Shown here one piece after another: positions 18,068 to 28,325 of a stretch of DNA of 64,000 bases. This DNA is from a virus, in IMG/VR virus record IMGVR_UViG_3300027816_000052, positions 480 to 64,479 of that record. One strand, 5' to 3'. Every line of letters starts with the position of its first letter. Positions within the stretch are counted from its first letter, which is position 1. Both the position numbers and the translations under genes were made by a program. The notes beneath the pieces were generated by a model that saw nothing but the letters and a program-made list of their open reading frames with translations, had not been told where the DNA came from and searched no databases.

Positions 18068-18889
18068 ATGAATAATTTTGAATTTTTAAAGGAAGTACTA
18101 TCGGTACCAAGTTCTTCATATAAAGAACATTTAATGATTGAGTTTTTGGAAAAATGGTTGACTGAAAATAATATCCCCCATTATACGGATGATTTTGGAA
18201 ATGTATATGCAACAAAAAAAACGAACTTAAAGGAAGGTGAGTTTTTTCCTTGCGTAGTGTCACACACCGATACCGTACATGATATTAGTAATATTAATAT
18301 TTTAGAAAAGCAACTTCCGGATTCAGATAATATTATTAAATTAGCTCTAACGTCTGTAAATGATGATGGAATACCTAACGGTATTGGTGGTGATGATAAA
18401 TGTGGTGTTTATATTTGTCTTAGACTTTTAAAAGATTTACCGAATGTAAAAGCGGCGTTTTTTGTTAGTGAAGAAATTGGTTGTAGGGGTTCATTAAATG
18501 CTGACCCAAATTTCTTTAAAGATGTTGGTTATGCGATTCAGTTTGATGCACCAGAAAACTGGATGGTTACATATACGTGTATGGGCGTGGAATTATTTGA
18601 TATGAAATCAGAATTTTTTGATAAATGTCATAATGTTCTTACCGAAAACTTTAACCATAAAAAAGATTATCTTAAACATCCATATACAGATGTTTACGCA
18701 TTAAGAAAGAAATTTGACTTTGCTTGCATTAATATTTCATGTGGATATTACAATTATCACAGACCAAATGAATATGTTGTAGTTGATGATGTTGAGAACG
18801 CATATGATGTTGGAGTAAAGATGATTAGTGATTTGGGATGTTGTAGTTATATTTTTAATAAATCAAAAAAAACAAAATTTATGTTATAA
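18068..18889 (+). CDS. M20/M42-family metallopeptidase-like protein
   Basis: 273 aa with HTDTVHD, GIGGDDKCGV and SEEIGCRGS motifs in the order typical of M20/M42 dimetallopeptidases. TTTG-N20-TATATTTG promoter-like motif at 18015-18046. Confidence 0.5.
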   Translation: MNNFEFLKEVLSVPSSSYKEHLMIEFLEKWLTENNIPHYTDDFGNVYATKKTNLKEGEFFPCVVSHTDTVHDISNINILEKQLPDSDNIIKLALTSVNDDGIPNGIGGDDKCGVYICLRLLKDLPNVKAAFFVSEEIGCRGSLNADPNFFKDVGYAIQFDAPENWMVTYTCMGVELFDMKSEFFDKCHNVLTENFNHKKDYLKHPYTDVYALRKKFDFACINISCGYYNYHRPNEYVVVDDVENAYDVGVKMISDLGCCSYIFNKSKKTKFML

Positions 18890-18904
18890 AGAAAAGGGGG
18901 AAAC

Positions 18905-21091
18905 TTATTTCCCCTTTTCAATTTTAACCTTATCTTTTACGAATTTTAATTTATACTTTTTCATCTCAATCATCTCACCCTTTAGAATTTCCTCGGATAT
19001 AAAATCTTCCACATATTCTTGTATTGCTCGTTTTAATGGTCTTGCACCAAACTGAGGGTCAAATCCAACTTTAGCGATGTGCTCGACCAATGAATTATCA
19101 TATTTGATAAAATATTTTAATTTATTTAATCTTTCTACCAATCTATCCAATTCAATCTTAACAATTTCCTTGACATCATCTTCTTTTAATGTATTAAAGA
19201 CAACAACCTCATCAATTCTATTTAAGAATTCTGGAGCAAAGAAATTCTTCATTTCTTTTTGAATTATATCTCGTTTAGCTTCTTCATTAGCAAATGAGTT
19301 TTTACCGAAGCCAATTCCAGAACCAAAATCTTGTATTTTTTTAACACCAAGATTTGATGTTAAAATAATTAATGAGTTTCTAAAGTTTATTTTTCTACCT
19401 AAACTATCAGTTATAAAACCTTCGTCTAAAACCCTCAATAAGATTGAGAATATTTCTTTATTTGCTTTTTCAACCTCATCAAATAAAATAACCGAATATG
19501 GTTTGTTTTTTACTTGTTCGGTTAATTGACCACCTTTATCATAACCAACATAACCGGGGGGAGCACCAACCAATCTAGATACGCTATGTTTTTCTTGATA
19601 TTCTGACATATCAATTCTAATTAAGTTATCTTCGCTACCAAAGATTTCTTTCGCCATCTGTTTAGCTAAATGAGTTTTACCAACACCACTATTACCAAGC
19701 AATATGAACGCACCAATCGGTCTATTTGGGTCTCTAATACCTAATCTATTTCTGCGAATAGCTTTCGCCATTTTTGTAATTGCTTCTTGTTGACCAACAA
19801 CTTTTTCACCCACATTCTTTTCCAAATTCAATAAATTCTTTGTATCGTCAGTGTTTAATTTGTTAATTGGTATTTTTGTCATTGTTGATACAACATCATA
19901 AACCAATTCAGTTGTAACTTCTTTTCTTTTGGTTAAAAGAGTTTCTTCAAATTTCTTTTTTTCTTCATTAAGTTTATCGACAATCTTTTTTTCTTTATCC
20001 CTTAATTCCGCAGCTTTCTCATAATCCTGTTGTTTTACAACGATTAATTTTTCTTCCTTAATTTTATGTGCTTCATCTTTAAGGTGGTTAATAATTTCCG
20101 GTAATTCAATATCTACTTGACTTCTAGCACCAACTTCATCAATAATGTCAAATGCTTTATCGGGAAATTCTCTGTCAGTTATATATCTATCAGCAAGGTT
20201 TACACATAAATCTAAAACCTCATCATTGTAACTTACTCGATGATAAAATTCATATTTATCTTTAACGTTTTTTAAAATTTCTAATGTTTCTTCTTTTGAG
20301 GGTGAATCAACAACAACTTTTTGAAATCTTCGTTCTAATGCACCATCTTTTTCAAAATTTTCACGATATTCATCTAGCGTTGTTGCACCGATACATTGAA
20401 TTTCTCCTCTTGCTAATGCTGGTTTAAAGATGTTTGACGCATCTAATGACCCAGATGAATTACCAGCACCAACTAATGTATGAATTTCATCAATAAAGAC
20501 AATTATATCGGGGTTATTTTGTAATTCTTCAAGAATAACTTTAAGACGTTCTTCAAATTGACCTCTATATTTTGTCCCAGCAACAATAGATGTTAAATCA
20601 AGTAGTACAATTCTTTTATTTTCAAGGTTTCTTGGACATTCACCTAGATAAATTTTCATAGCAAGACCTTCAACTATGGCAGTTTTACCACAATTATGTG
20701 AAGATATGCCATTTGTTAAATATTTTCTTTCCTCATCTAATACTTCTAAATCAAAAGTATCGTGAACCCCAATATATTCTTTTTCAATAACATCATGTAA
20801 TTGATTATCGTCATACCAAACTAAATCTCCAATATTAATATTCTTTAATGATAACCAATATGTGTTATTCTGTTCTTCAACTAAATTATTTGCACAATCA
20901 AAAGATGTCTCAACTAAATGGGATTCTGAACCAGAAAGCTCAACGTTATTTGATAATGTTATTTTATAACACTCTTTTTTTGTTTTTTTAAACAAATTAC
21001 CAATTAATTTGTAACCAGATGGGGTCTTTACTTTATAAGTTCCCCCGTTTTTTTCAACATCGTTAAAAAAATCTTCAATTTTTATTTTCAT
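18905..21091 (-). CDS. ClpA/ClpB-like AAA+ chaperone ATPase: C-terminal intein part plus the rest of the extein. It is in frame with 21098..21391 across a TAA.
   Basis: 728 aa. Begins inside a mini-intein that ends ...GVHDTFDLEV...TNGISSHN. Extein then resumes at CGKTAIVEGLA (Walker A). Second AAA+ module GNSGVGKTHLAKQMA...RIDMSEYQEKHSVSRLVGAPPGYVGY. Confidence 0.75.
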   Translation of the reverse strand: MKIKIEDFFNDVEKNGGTYKVKTPSGYKLIGNLFKKTKKECYKITLSNNVELSGSESHLVETSFDCANNLVEEQNNTYWLSLKNINIGDLVWYDDNQLHDVIEKEYIGVHDTFDLEVLDEERKYLTNGISSHNCGKTAIVEGLAMKIYLGECPRNLENKRIVLLDLTSIVAGTKYRGQFEERLKVILEELQNNPDIIVFIDEIHTLVGAGNSSGSLDASNIFKPALARGEIQCIGATTLDEYRENFEKDGALERRFQKVVVDSPSKEETLEILKNVKDKYEFYHRVSYNDEVLDLCVNLADRYITDREFPDKAFDIIDEVGARSQVDIELPEIINHLKDEAHKIKEEKLIVVKQQDYEKAAELRDKEKKIVDKLNEEKKKFEETLLTKRKEVTTELVYDVVSTMTKIPINKLNTDDTKNLLNLEKNVGEKVVGQQEAITKMAKAIRRNRLGIRDPNRPIGAFILLGNSGVGKTHLAKQMAKEIFGSEDNLIRIDMSEYQEKHSVSRLVGAPPGYVGYDKGGQLTEQVKNKPYSVILFDEVEKANKEIFSILLRVLDEGFITDSLGRKINFRNSLIILTSNLGVKKIQDFGSGIGFGKNSFANEEAKRDIIQKEMKNFFAPEFLNRIDEVVVFNTLKEDDVKEIVKIELDRLVERLNKLKYFIKYDNSLVEHIAKVGFDPQFGARPLKRAIQEYVEDFISEEILKGEMIEMKKYKLKFVKDKVKIEKGK

Positions 21092-21172
21092 TTTAAATTA
21101 TAATATTTCAATATTATGCGTATTAACATCAGAAATTTTTTCAACCTCTATGTACGTATCACCAAGTACACA
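20693..21172 (-). other. Mini-intein (about 160 codons) in the ClpA/B-like P-loop, with an internal in-frame stop
   Basis: Starts at Cys codon 21170-21172 after GEPG. Block [14 protein letters not shown] at 21098-21100. C-terminal blocks VHDTFDLEV and NGISSHN, then +1 Cys (20690-20692). No endonuclease domain. Confidence 0.65.
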
Positions 21173-21391
21173 CCCCGGTTCACCAATTATAATTGGATTA
21201 TTTTTCTTTCTTCTAGATAAGATTTGAGCAATTCTGTTAATTTCATTTTCTCTACCAATAACAGGGTCAAGTTTTCCTTGTTCTGCCATTTTTATCAAAT
21301 CTTTACTAAAATTATCTAAAACCGGTGTTGAACCATCTTTTGTTTTTTCGGAACCAGATTTTTGGTTGCTATTTTCTTCAAATTCTATCAT
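21098..21391 (-). CDS. N-terminal extein of the ClpA/B-like ATPase plus intein N-terminus, terminated by an in-frame TAA
   Basis: [33 protein letters not shown] matches the ClpA/B AAA1 N-terminus. It then runs into [10 protein letters not shown]...THNIEIL*. Confidence 0.7.
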   Translation of the reverse strand: MIEFEENSNQKSGSEKTKDGSTPVLDNFSKDLIKMAEQGKLDPVIGRENEINRIAQILSRRKKNNPIIIGEPGCVLGDTYIEVEKISDVNTHNIEIL

Positions 21392-21507
21392 GATTTTATT
21401 TTAAAAATAAAATGTGGTTATTTAAAATAAATAGTTCAGAAAAAACTAAAAAGTTTTCATCTCTATTGAAAAAATTTGTTATATTTGCAGAATAAAACAA
21501 AACAACC

Positions 21508-22068
21508 ATGAAAAAGTTAATCATTATTCTAAGTTTATTTCCGAGTATTGTTTGTTCTCAAACAAGATTGGATACGCTCATTTTAAATGAGGTGAATAAA
21601 TATCGAGCGGAAAATGGTTTAAATCTTTTAACGTTCACTGCGCAAGGTCAATGTGTTGCTGAAAACCAAAAAGACTATATGTTGCTAACTGGTTGTGTTA
21701 ATCATGAACAAATTGAGGATGTTGATGATTTTGATGTTGAACCAGATTTTGCAAAAAGAAATTTTAAGTGTGGAATTGATACATTGGATACCAAAACAGT
21801 TTACATGGAAGTTCTTGTTGCTGTGTTGGACACAACAAATGCTTCATTAGAGGATATTGCAATTAAAGCTGTAAATGGTTGGAAAAGTTCAGAGGGACAT
21901 AACTTCGCAATCTTATTACCAATGATTAACTATGTTGGTGTTTCTAGCGGTACTAACCATAAACTAGTTGAATACTACGAAGACCTTTACACGGGTGAAC
22001 TTACTATGGTTGTTACAGAACAAAAATATTGGTTTGTATCTTTAAATGCTTATAATATTTATTATTAA
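21508..22068 (+). CDS. Secreted hypothetical protein
   Basis: 186 aa. Signal peptide MKKLIIILSLFPSIVCSQ. TATATTTG motif at 21480-21487. Confidence 0.5.
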   Translation: MKKLIIILSLFPSIVCSQTRLDTLILNEVNKYRAENGLNLLTFTAQGQCVAENQKDYMLLTGCVNHEQIEDVDDFDVEPDFAKRNFKCGIDTLDTKTVYMEVLVAVLDTTNASLEDIAIKAVNGWKSSEGHNFAILLPMINYVGVSSGTNHKLVEYYEDLYTGELTMVVTEQKYWFVSLNAYNIYY

Positions 22069-22152
22069 GAAAATATCATAAAAACTTGCACAAGGATTTT
22101 TTTATATGTATCTTTGTGATGTTCTTAAATTAATAATTAAAAACAAAACAAA

Positions 22153-22428
22153 ATGAAAAAAACATTTTTTTCCGTGTCAGTAATTATTGGTCTTATGACA
22201 TCGTGTAATAATCAGAATAATCGGCAAGAAATCCAACAAACTGAACCGATTGTTGGGGTAAAGGAAATTAGAGCCGATACTTCATTTACTATTAATGAAG
22301 AAACTGGTGAACCAATGATGGTAATTGAGGAAAAAGTCGTAATTGTAAAGCGAGATACTTTCCATAGTATGGACGAAAAAACCGGATTTTTTAATATGGT
22401 TGTTGTTGAAACAATAATTTCTGAATAA
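22153..22428 (+). CDS. Small lipoprotein
   Basis: 91 aa. MKKTFFSVSVIIGLMTSCNN: signal peptide plus lipobox. TATCTTTG at 22109-22116 with cTTG 20 nt upstream. Confidence 0.5.
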   Translation: MKKTFFSVSVIIGLMTSCNNQNNRQEIQQTEPIVGVKEIRADTSFTINEETGEPMMVIEEKVVIVKRDTFHSMDEKTGFFNMVVVETIISE

Positions 22429-22989
22429 TTACTTTCTCTGATAAATGGGTTTTATGGTACCCGGTGTAGGTTCTATTGGTTTAGTATGTGTGGCTTTAAC
22501 TTTTGATTCCTTAAAACTAAAAACTTTTAACATGTAATCTAAATACGCATCAACCGTATTTGTACCTAAGTTACCATCAACAAAATCTCTTTCTTGACCA
22601 GAACTATCTTTAAATTTTAAAGGTAAACCAGCAAGTTTCACTAAATCAGACTGAAGCGATTTAATTGCTTCTACGGAAACTCCCGATTTTTTTGCCATTT
22701 CAGTTAATTGATTCATATTATATTTCCTCAATTCAACTTTTGCTTTTTTTATTTCATTTTCTCTTTCCAATCGTCTTTCATCTGGCGATAAAGATGAAAA
22801 TGGTACAGAAGAATATTTTCCTATTTTAAATAATTTATTAATAAACTCAATAGCAGGTGAACTTTCCTGACTCATAGATAGGGATATACTTTTCTGTTGT
22901 TCATCCAAATATTGTTGGTAAATAGCTGTTTTGTGCATTTCCAATATTCTGGATTTTTCATTTTGGTCTATTGTGAATATTTTTTTCAT
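22429..22989 (-). CDS. Hypothetical protein with a PG-binding-like C-terminal segment
   Basis: 186 aa. C-terminal LVKLAGLPLKF..DGNLGTNTVDAYLDYM resembles a peptidoglycan-binding repeat. Confidence 0.4.
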   Translation of the reverse strand: MKKIFTIDQNEKSRILEMHKTAIYQQYLDEQQKSISLSMSQESSPAIEFINKLFKIGKYSSVPFSSLSPDERRLERENEIKKAKVELRKYNMNQLTEMAKKSGVSVEAIKSLQSDLVKLAGLPLKFKDSSGQERDFVDGNLGTNTVDAYLDYMLKVFSFKESKVKATHTKPIEPTPGTIKPIYQRK

Positions 22990-23086
22990 TTTCCCTTTTT
23001 ATATAAATATTTGTATTATACAAAAACAACAATCCCCCACCATTTAATTTTGATAGGGGATTATTTATGTTGTGTATGTCGGAATT

Positions 23087-25249
23087 TTAAGAACCCATTA
23101 AGTTTTGTTTCAATTGTCCTGTTACGTCAGAGAACTTAGAACTAACTTTTGATAATTGGGGACAAACAAAACTCAATAATTTATCTTCAACTACCTTAAC
23201 TAATTCAGATTTATCTCTAAATAAGAGGTCAGAAATTGAGTTTCTAATGAGATCTTCAATGTAGTTTGTTTCACCAGTTTTACTCATTTTCTTTCTAAAA
23301 ACTGTGTTTACAATTGTTTCAGCAATCCATTTAACTAATGTATTACAATCACCAGATAGTATTTTACCAATATTATCTAAATCGAAGCTAGCAAATCCGG
23401 TAATTAATAGATTTGATAAATAACTATCTTTTGGTACATTTAATTTCTCTAATATCCAAGCCATTAATCTTTCTTGTAAAGTATCCGCAAAACCACCAAA
23501 ACCTAATTTACCTAAGAAATTAAACCAGTTTTCTTGAATTAAATTTTCATTAAATCCTTGTTCCTTTAAGAAATTAGCTTCACTAATTAAAGATTCAAAT
23601 AATTGATTGTAATCTGATTGAGTTTTTAAACCATTAGATGCTTCAACCAAAACGTATAATCTGTTTTTGATTATTTTGTTTTCTTTAATAAGTCTTTGTT
23701 TCTTCGTTTTTTCAACTATTAAGTTTTCTTTAATCATATTTTTTAAATTTTTCGTTGATTCCATTTTTAATTTTCTACCTTCTTTTCCGAGTTTTTTACA
23801 TGATTCGGTTACATCGGCAAAAGGTATTCTATATTCACCAGCACTTGCTGATCTTAGGTCAACAATTATTCTATCAGCACTTTTTTCTTGTGGTGTTCTA
23901 AACATTCTCTTGAAACGTGTCTCATCTTTATTAATCAACTTACATTGATTATTGCAAGCCATAAGAAACTTTTTAGTTCGTTCTGTTGAACTTTGGTCGA
24001 TTGGTTTTTTACCTAAGAAATTTTTATACCATTGAAATAATGCTGTTAAACATTTTTCATCATTAATGTCTTCTATTTTTGTACTTATAGTAGAAGTGTC
24101 TATACCAGATTTAACGCTGGGCCAAATATACACAAGAATGCTTTCAGAAGTATTCCCTTGGGGGAATGATTGTATTAATTCTTTTAATGGAATTTGTTTG
24201 AAGCTACTTCTTTGTGATGTGGGATCATTTAATTGGTCTATTGAATTATCCTTACCTATTTCATCAATTGGATAGTTAATGAAATTATCAGATTTGACCA
24301 TAGATGTTATTGTATTTGGGTCAAGATCGGTATACTTATCTGGATAAGTTTGTTTTAAAAGTTTAAGACCTTCTTTAAAGGTATAAAAAGCGTTTGATTG
24401 ATAACCATTTTTAAGGGCGCTTAAAATTCCTTTATAAATAGAATTTATTCTATTTTCATCGGGCGGATTATCAAGAATTCCGAGATTCCTAAGAAATTGA
24501 TTGTTAGTCTGTGTACCAGCTTGTTGTTGTGTGGTTGTTGTTTGTGTACCTGCTTGTTGTGTACCTGTTGGTGTGGCGGCTTGTTGTTGTGTGGTTACCG
24601 CTTGTTTTTTTCTTGATGTAATAATTTGTTCCACCATTTCTTTTTTTTCTGGTTGAGTGTTTGTTTCATCAGGTATAAAATCTGCAAGTTCATATGTTCC
24701 GCGATCAGTTTCCGCATTATTAACATATTTTCTCCAAGTATTATTTTTAAAGAAATAATAAAATCCTTGCCCAATCGGTTCGGAATCACCATCAATTAAA
24801 TTCGCAGCTTTTTTATAAGCAAGTTGACCAGTTTTAGCTTTTATTAATGAACCACCACTAAATGTACCATTTTTTATATTTTCTTCAAACCATTTTTGTT
24901 CTTCGGATTTTTCTTCCGTTTTTGTTTTTTCGGGTTCGGGGGTACTAAGTTTAGTTCCAGATTTTTTATATTCTTCACCATAAGAATTCCAAGCTGCGGT
25001 TGTTTTTGGACCAAATCTTCCATAACCACCGGCTTTGTTTAAAACACCGTTTGGATAACCTGTTGCCCAACCCGGATGAGTTTTATCCAACCAATCTTGG
25101 AATTTTTTAACACCATCAACATTACCTAAAAATTCAGGAATTGATGACGGTCTTGGTGTTTGAGTTGTTCCAGTTCCGGTTCCACTTGCGCGAGGTGGTT
25201 TGCCACTAGGTGTTGGCGGTTTACCTTCTTTAATTATTATAGGTTTCAT
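23087..25249 (-). CDS. Large protein with an N-terminal peptidoglycan-binding-like domain and a TQ-rich low-complexity linker
   Basis: 720 aa. FQDWLDKTHPGWATGYPNGVLNKAGGYGRFGPKTTAAWNSY is PG_binding_1-like. QQAATPTGTQQAGTQTTTTQQQAGTQT repeats. Confidence 0.5.
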   Translation of the reverse strand: MKPIIIKEGKPPTPSGKPPRASGTGTGTTQTPRPSSIPEFLGNVDGVKKFQDWLDKTHPGWATGYPNGVLNKAGGYGRFGPKTTAAWNSYGEEYKKSGTKLSTPEPEKTKTEEKSEEQKWFEENIKNGTFSGGSLIKAKTGQLAYKKAANLIDGDSEPIGQGFYYFFKNNTWRKYVNNAETDRGTYELADFIPDETNTQPEKKEMVEQIITSRKKQAVTTQQQAATPTGTQQAGTQTTTTQQQAGTQTNNQFLRNLGILDNPPDENRINSIYKGILSALKNGYQSNAFYTFKEGLKLLKQTYPDKYTDLDPNTITSMVKSDNFINYPIDEIGKDNSIDQLNDPTSQRSSFKQIPLKELIQSFPQGNTSESILVYIWPSVKSGIDTSTISTKIEDINDEKCLTALFQWYKNFLGKKPIDQSSTERTKKFLMACNNQCKLINKDETRFKRMFRTPQEKSADRIIVDLRSASAGEYRIPFADVTESCKKLGKEGRKLKMESTKNLKNMIKENLIVEKTKKQRLIKENKIIKNRLYVLVEASNGLKTQSDYNQLFESLISEANFLKEQGFNENLIQENWFNFLGKLGFGGFADTLQERLMAWILEKLNVPKDSYLSNLLITGFASFDLDNIGKILSGDCNTLVKWIAETIVNTVFRKKMSKTGETNYIEDLIRNSISDLLFRDKSELVKVVEDKLLSFVCPQLSKVSSKFSDVTGQLKQNLMGS

Positions 25250-26007
25250 TATTGTACGAATATAAATTTATTTCCTTCAAGTTTATAATTAAATCTAGCT
25301 TTATTCTCATCAATTACATAATATAAGTCACCTTCAATACCAAAGACTTCATTACCTTTAAAATCATTTGCCCAATCATTTTTAACAAATGTTTTAAATA
25401 ATTCAAAGTTGTTATTATTTGTTTGTTGTGGTGGATTATTTGTTTGTTGTGGCGAATTATCATATTTGTCTTTAAGATTTGAAAAGACATCAACAAAATT
25501 AATCCATTCATCGTCATAATCAATATCATCATCAATCCACGTAAAAAAATTATCGCCTTGACCATATCGTGTTTCAAAAAATGCATTAACCGCACATAAA
25601 TCACCAAAAGTCCCTACTGATAATTTATCTAACCCCTCTTTTACTTTATCTAAATCTGTTCCAGTTGGAATTCCAAGAGTAGCCCTTGAAAATGCATCAT
25701 AAAAAGTACGTGCAATAATTTTAATCTCTTCATCAGTAAATGTTTTAGTTTTTAATACTTCTGTTGTGCAAGCATCTAAAATTTTTTCAACATCTTCGGG
25801 ATGACCTTCATTTAAAAGACCTTTTATTTTTTCCTCATTTTCAGTTAACGTCATATCATTTTTATATGACATAAGGAGTTTAACTCTATTAAGAGATTCC
25901 AAACCCTCATCTAATTTATATTTTTCCATAATTAAAAAGTTTTTTATATAAATATATCGACTTATAATAAAGTATTTGCTTTTCCGCGAGTTAAATCTGT
26001 TGACCAT
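25249..26007 (-). CDS. Hypothetical protein
   Basis: 252-aa ORF. PQQTNN duplication near the middle. Confidence 0.45.
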   Translation of the reverse strand: MVNRFNSRKSKYFIISRYIYIKNFLIMEKYKLDEGLESLNRVKLLMSYKNDMTLTENEEKIKGLLNEGHPEDVEKILDACTTEVLKTKTFTDEEIKIIARTFYDAFSRATLGIPTGTDLDKVKEGLDKLSVGTFGDLCAVNAFFETRYGQGDNFFTWIDDDIDYDDEWINFVDVFSNLKDKYDNSPQQTNNPPQQTNNNNFELFKTFVKNDWANDFKGNEVFGIEGDLYYVIDENKARFNYKLEGNKFIFVQ

Positions 26008-26669
26008 TTATTTTTTTGGTCAATTGTATTTGCTTTACCTCTTTTTATTGGATAAGTTTCAGACCATTTTTGTTTTGGATTAGTCGGATTTGCCGGTCCT
26101 CTTTTTACACCGCTATCCCATTTTGTTACCGCAGGATATGCTGGGTTTTCACCACTTGTTGGTTCTTGTTCTTTTAATTCACTGCTTTTTTTTAAAATTT
26201 TTCCTATTATACTACCGCCAATTTTAATCCCATCTGGTAAATTTTTTATTTTTGTCCCACCAATTCTCAAATCACCACTAACATTAAGATCGTTAGGTAA
26301 AAATTTAATTCCAGTACCAGATAAATCTAAATTACCTATAACATTAAGATTTTTTGGTAAAGCAATTAATTGTTCACAACCATATAAAATAAAAGACCCA
26401 TTTATGGTAAGATTATCTGGTAAAAATTCAATATCCCCAAAGATGAATTGAATTCCTCCATTAATAATAACCTTATCATATTGTTGATTAAAAACCCTTG
26501 TTAATTTCTCAGAATCATTTCTAAATACATTTTTAAGAATCATTTTAAAATATTCTGGATTCTTATTAAAAATTCTTCTGTTATTTTTTTCTTCTTCTTG
26601 CTCAAGAAGGACCTTTCTAACAATCCTATATAAATCTGATTCTGTTAATTTTATCTTTTTCATAACCAT
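25962..26669 (-). CDS. LRR-like repeat family protein, degenerate-repeat member
   Basis: N-terminus MVMKKIKLTESDLYRIVRKVLLEQEEE is identical in style to 42394..43218. Degenerate LPDNL/LPNDL/LPDGI repeats. Confidence 0.6.
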   Translation of the reverse strand: MVMKKIKLTESDLYRIVRKVLLEQEEEKNNRRIFNKNPEYFKMILKNVFRNDSEKLTRVFNQQYDKVIINGGIQFIFGDIEFLPDNLTINGSFILYGCEQLIALPKNLNVIGNLDLSGTGIKFLPNDLNVSGDLRIGGTKIKNLPDGIKIGGSIIGKILKKSSELKEQEPTSGENPAYPAVTKWDSGVKRGPANPTNPKQKWSETYPIKRGKANTIDQKNKWSTDLTRGKANTLL

Positions 26670-26699
26670 AAATAGTTTGGTTTATGAAAAATATGAATT

Positions 26700-27062
26700 T
26701 TAAAATATAACAGCGGTAGGAATCTTATCCGGATTATCCAAATAAAATTCATTTATAAATGTCTTTAAATCTTCTTCTTGAATATCGTATATGTTTGTAT
26801 CATTATCATAATGTGAGTCGTCCATATCCTCATCACTATATTCGTTGTTTACTTCCTCAAAAATATCATAATCATCAGAAAAAACGTTAAACCCATATTC
26901 TTCAATTAATGAAATATCAAAAGTGTCTTCTCTTATTTCAGAATCAGAATCTGTAGCAAATCTAAATTGCACTTCAATTGTTTTCGAAGATTCAATTATG
27001 TACTGCGAAACAATTTCTTTAACTTCCATATCAATACTTCTTAATTCGATTGAACATTTCAA
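26700..27062 (-). CDS. Acidic hypothetical protein
   Basis: 120 aa, D/E-rich. Confidence 0.4.
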   Translation of the reverse strand: MKCSIELRSIDMEVKEIVSQYIIESSKTIEVQFRFATDSDSEIREDTFDISLIEEYGFNVFSDDYDIFEEVNNEYSDEDMDDSHYDNDTNIYDIQEEDLKTFINEFYLDNPDKIPTAVIF

Positions 27063-27462
27063 TGATTAAATTTCTTTGAGTGTTGAAACTTTCTTTAAGG
27101 TCTTCATCAATCTCTTCAAAGGTTTCAGCTTCACACTGCTCACAAACCTCATCTTCCTCAACATAATCAAATTTATCACCAAGTTCCGCTGTTTTATAGT
27201 TACATTCACAAACTTCTTCATTTAACCCGCATTGTTCACAAACCTTAACCTTTTCTTCATTTATTCCGAAGTTTTTGTATGTACTAACATTACCTTTATT
27301 ACTTAAAGTAATACCTCCCTTATCTTTTGCTAAATCTTCAATTGTTAAAGGTTGTGAGTTTGATGTTTTGCTTAAAGTGACATAACCATCATAAAGAGTC
27401 TTATGTTGATTTTTAATTGCGTCTCTTTCTTCGTTTGAGATGTTAAAAAAGTATGCGTTCAT
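27031..27462 (-). CDS. Cys-motif hypothetical protein
   Basis: 143 aa with CEQCGLNEEVCECN and CEQCEAE, possibly Zn-binding. Confidence 0.45.
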   Translation of the reverse strand: MNAYFFNISNEERDAIKNQHKTLYDGYVTLSKTSNSQPLTIEDLAKDKGGITLSNKGNVSTYKNFGINEEKVKVCEQCGLNEEVCECNYKTAELGDKFDYVEEDEVCEQCEAETFEEIDEDLKESFNTQRNLIIEMFNRIKKY

Positions 27463-27504
27463 GGTAATAAATTTAATAATAAATATGCGTTAATTAGAAA
27501 AAAA

Positions 27505-27774
27505 TTATTCCAAAATTTTAATAATAAGTTCGGACGTTCCTTTTATTACTCGATGAAACATTTCTTTAGGAATAAAGATTTTTTCATTTTTAGCCAAACA
27601 TTTTGGTAATTCATTATCCAATTGGAGTTTCCAATCGTTTTCATTTAATGCAATTACAGTCCTATCCTTTTTATCACGATGCCATTTTAACTCAATAGGG
27701 TCAATATCATCGGAAAATTTCCGAATCATAACATCATTTTCTATTATTTGTGAATAAGGTCTTTCCATTACCAA
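27505..27774 (-). CDS. Hypothetical protein
   Basis: 89-aa ORF. Confidence 0.4.
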   Translation of the reverse strand: MVMERPYSQIIENDVMIRKFSDDIDPIELKWHRDKKDRTVIALNENDWKLQLDNELPKCLAKNEKIFIPKEMFHRVIKGTSELIIKILE

Positions 27775-28325
27775 TAACCCGGATATGTTTTACCTCCCCA
27801 CAAGTGACCATAACGATTTACTCTGCAAGCCCAATATCCTGCGGTCATTCTATCTTTTTTATCTTTGCATCGATGTCTTGATGCGAATCTTTTTCTAGCT
27901 TCAGGATTTGAAACTTTCGCACTTAATCCTGTTGTATCACCAAAACTAATTTTTTTAACTTTTCCAGTTTTTGGGTTTTTAACGTATACATAATATTTTT
28001 TTGAACCCCCACGCATAGGATATCCAATCCTAACGTCTTTTCCTTGGTACTCAGCTTCGATTAAAAATTCAATTTCCTCTATTGGAAGATCCAAAGGAAC
28101 AATGTTTCCTTCATATTCATCCCACATACCGATATCGGTACTTTCATATAGCTCTCTGTCAACACCATTTAATTCAATTTCTTCAGAATCATAAAGATTT
28201 CTTACTTCGGTTATTAAATTAAAATATGATTCAGAACCATGTCTGAAAACATTCTCGGTTATTTGAATATCATTTTCTAAATGATAATTTAAGTTTTCGG
28301 AAATTATTGTTTTTTTCATTTTCAT
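27768..28325 (-). CDS. Hypothetical protein
   Basis: 185-aa ORF, 4-nt overlap with the upstream gene (operon-like). Confidence 0.5.
   Translation of the reverse strand: MKMKKTIISENLNYHLENDIQITENVFRHGSESYFNLITEVRNLYDSEEIELNGVDRELYESTDIGMWDEYEGNIVPLDLPIEEIEFLIEAEYQGKDVRIGYPMRGGSKKYYVYVKNPKTGKVKKISFGDTTGLSAKVSNPEARKRFASRHRCKDKKDRMTAGYWACRVNRYGHLWGGKTYPGYW

Noticed and set aside
21089-21100. Programmed translational bypass or frameshift across the TAA inside the Clp intein (by analogy with T4 gene 60)
   Set aside because: No matching take-off and landing codon pair and no frameshift route restores the frame. TTA TAA TTT AAA ATG gives stops in the +1 and -1 frames within a few codons. The stop is retained as an unexplained in-frame TAA.
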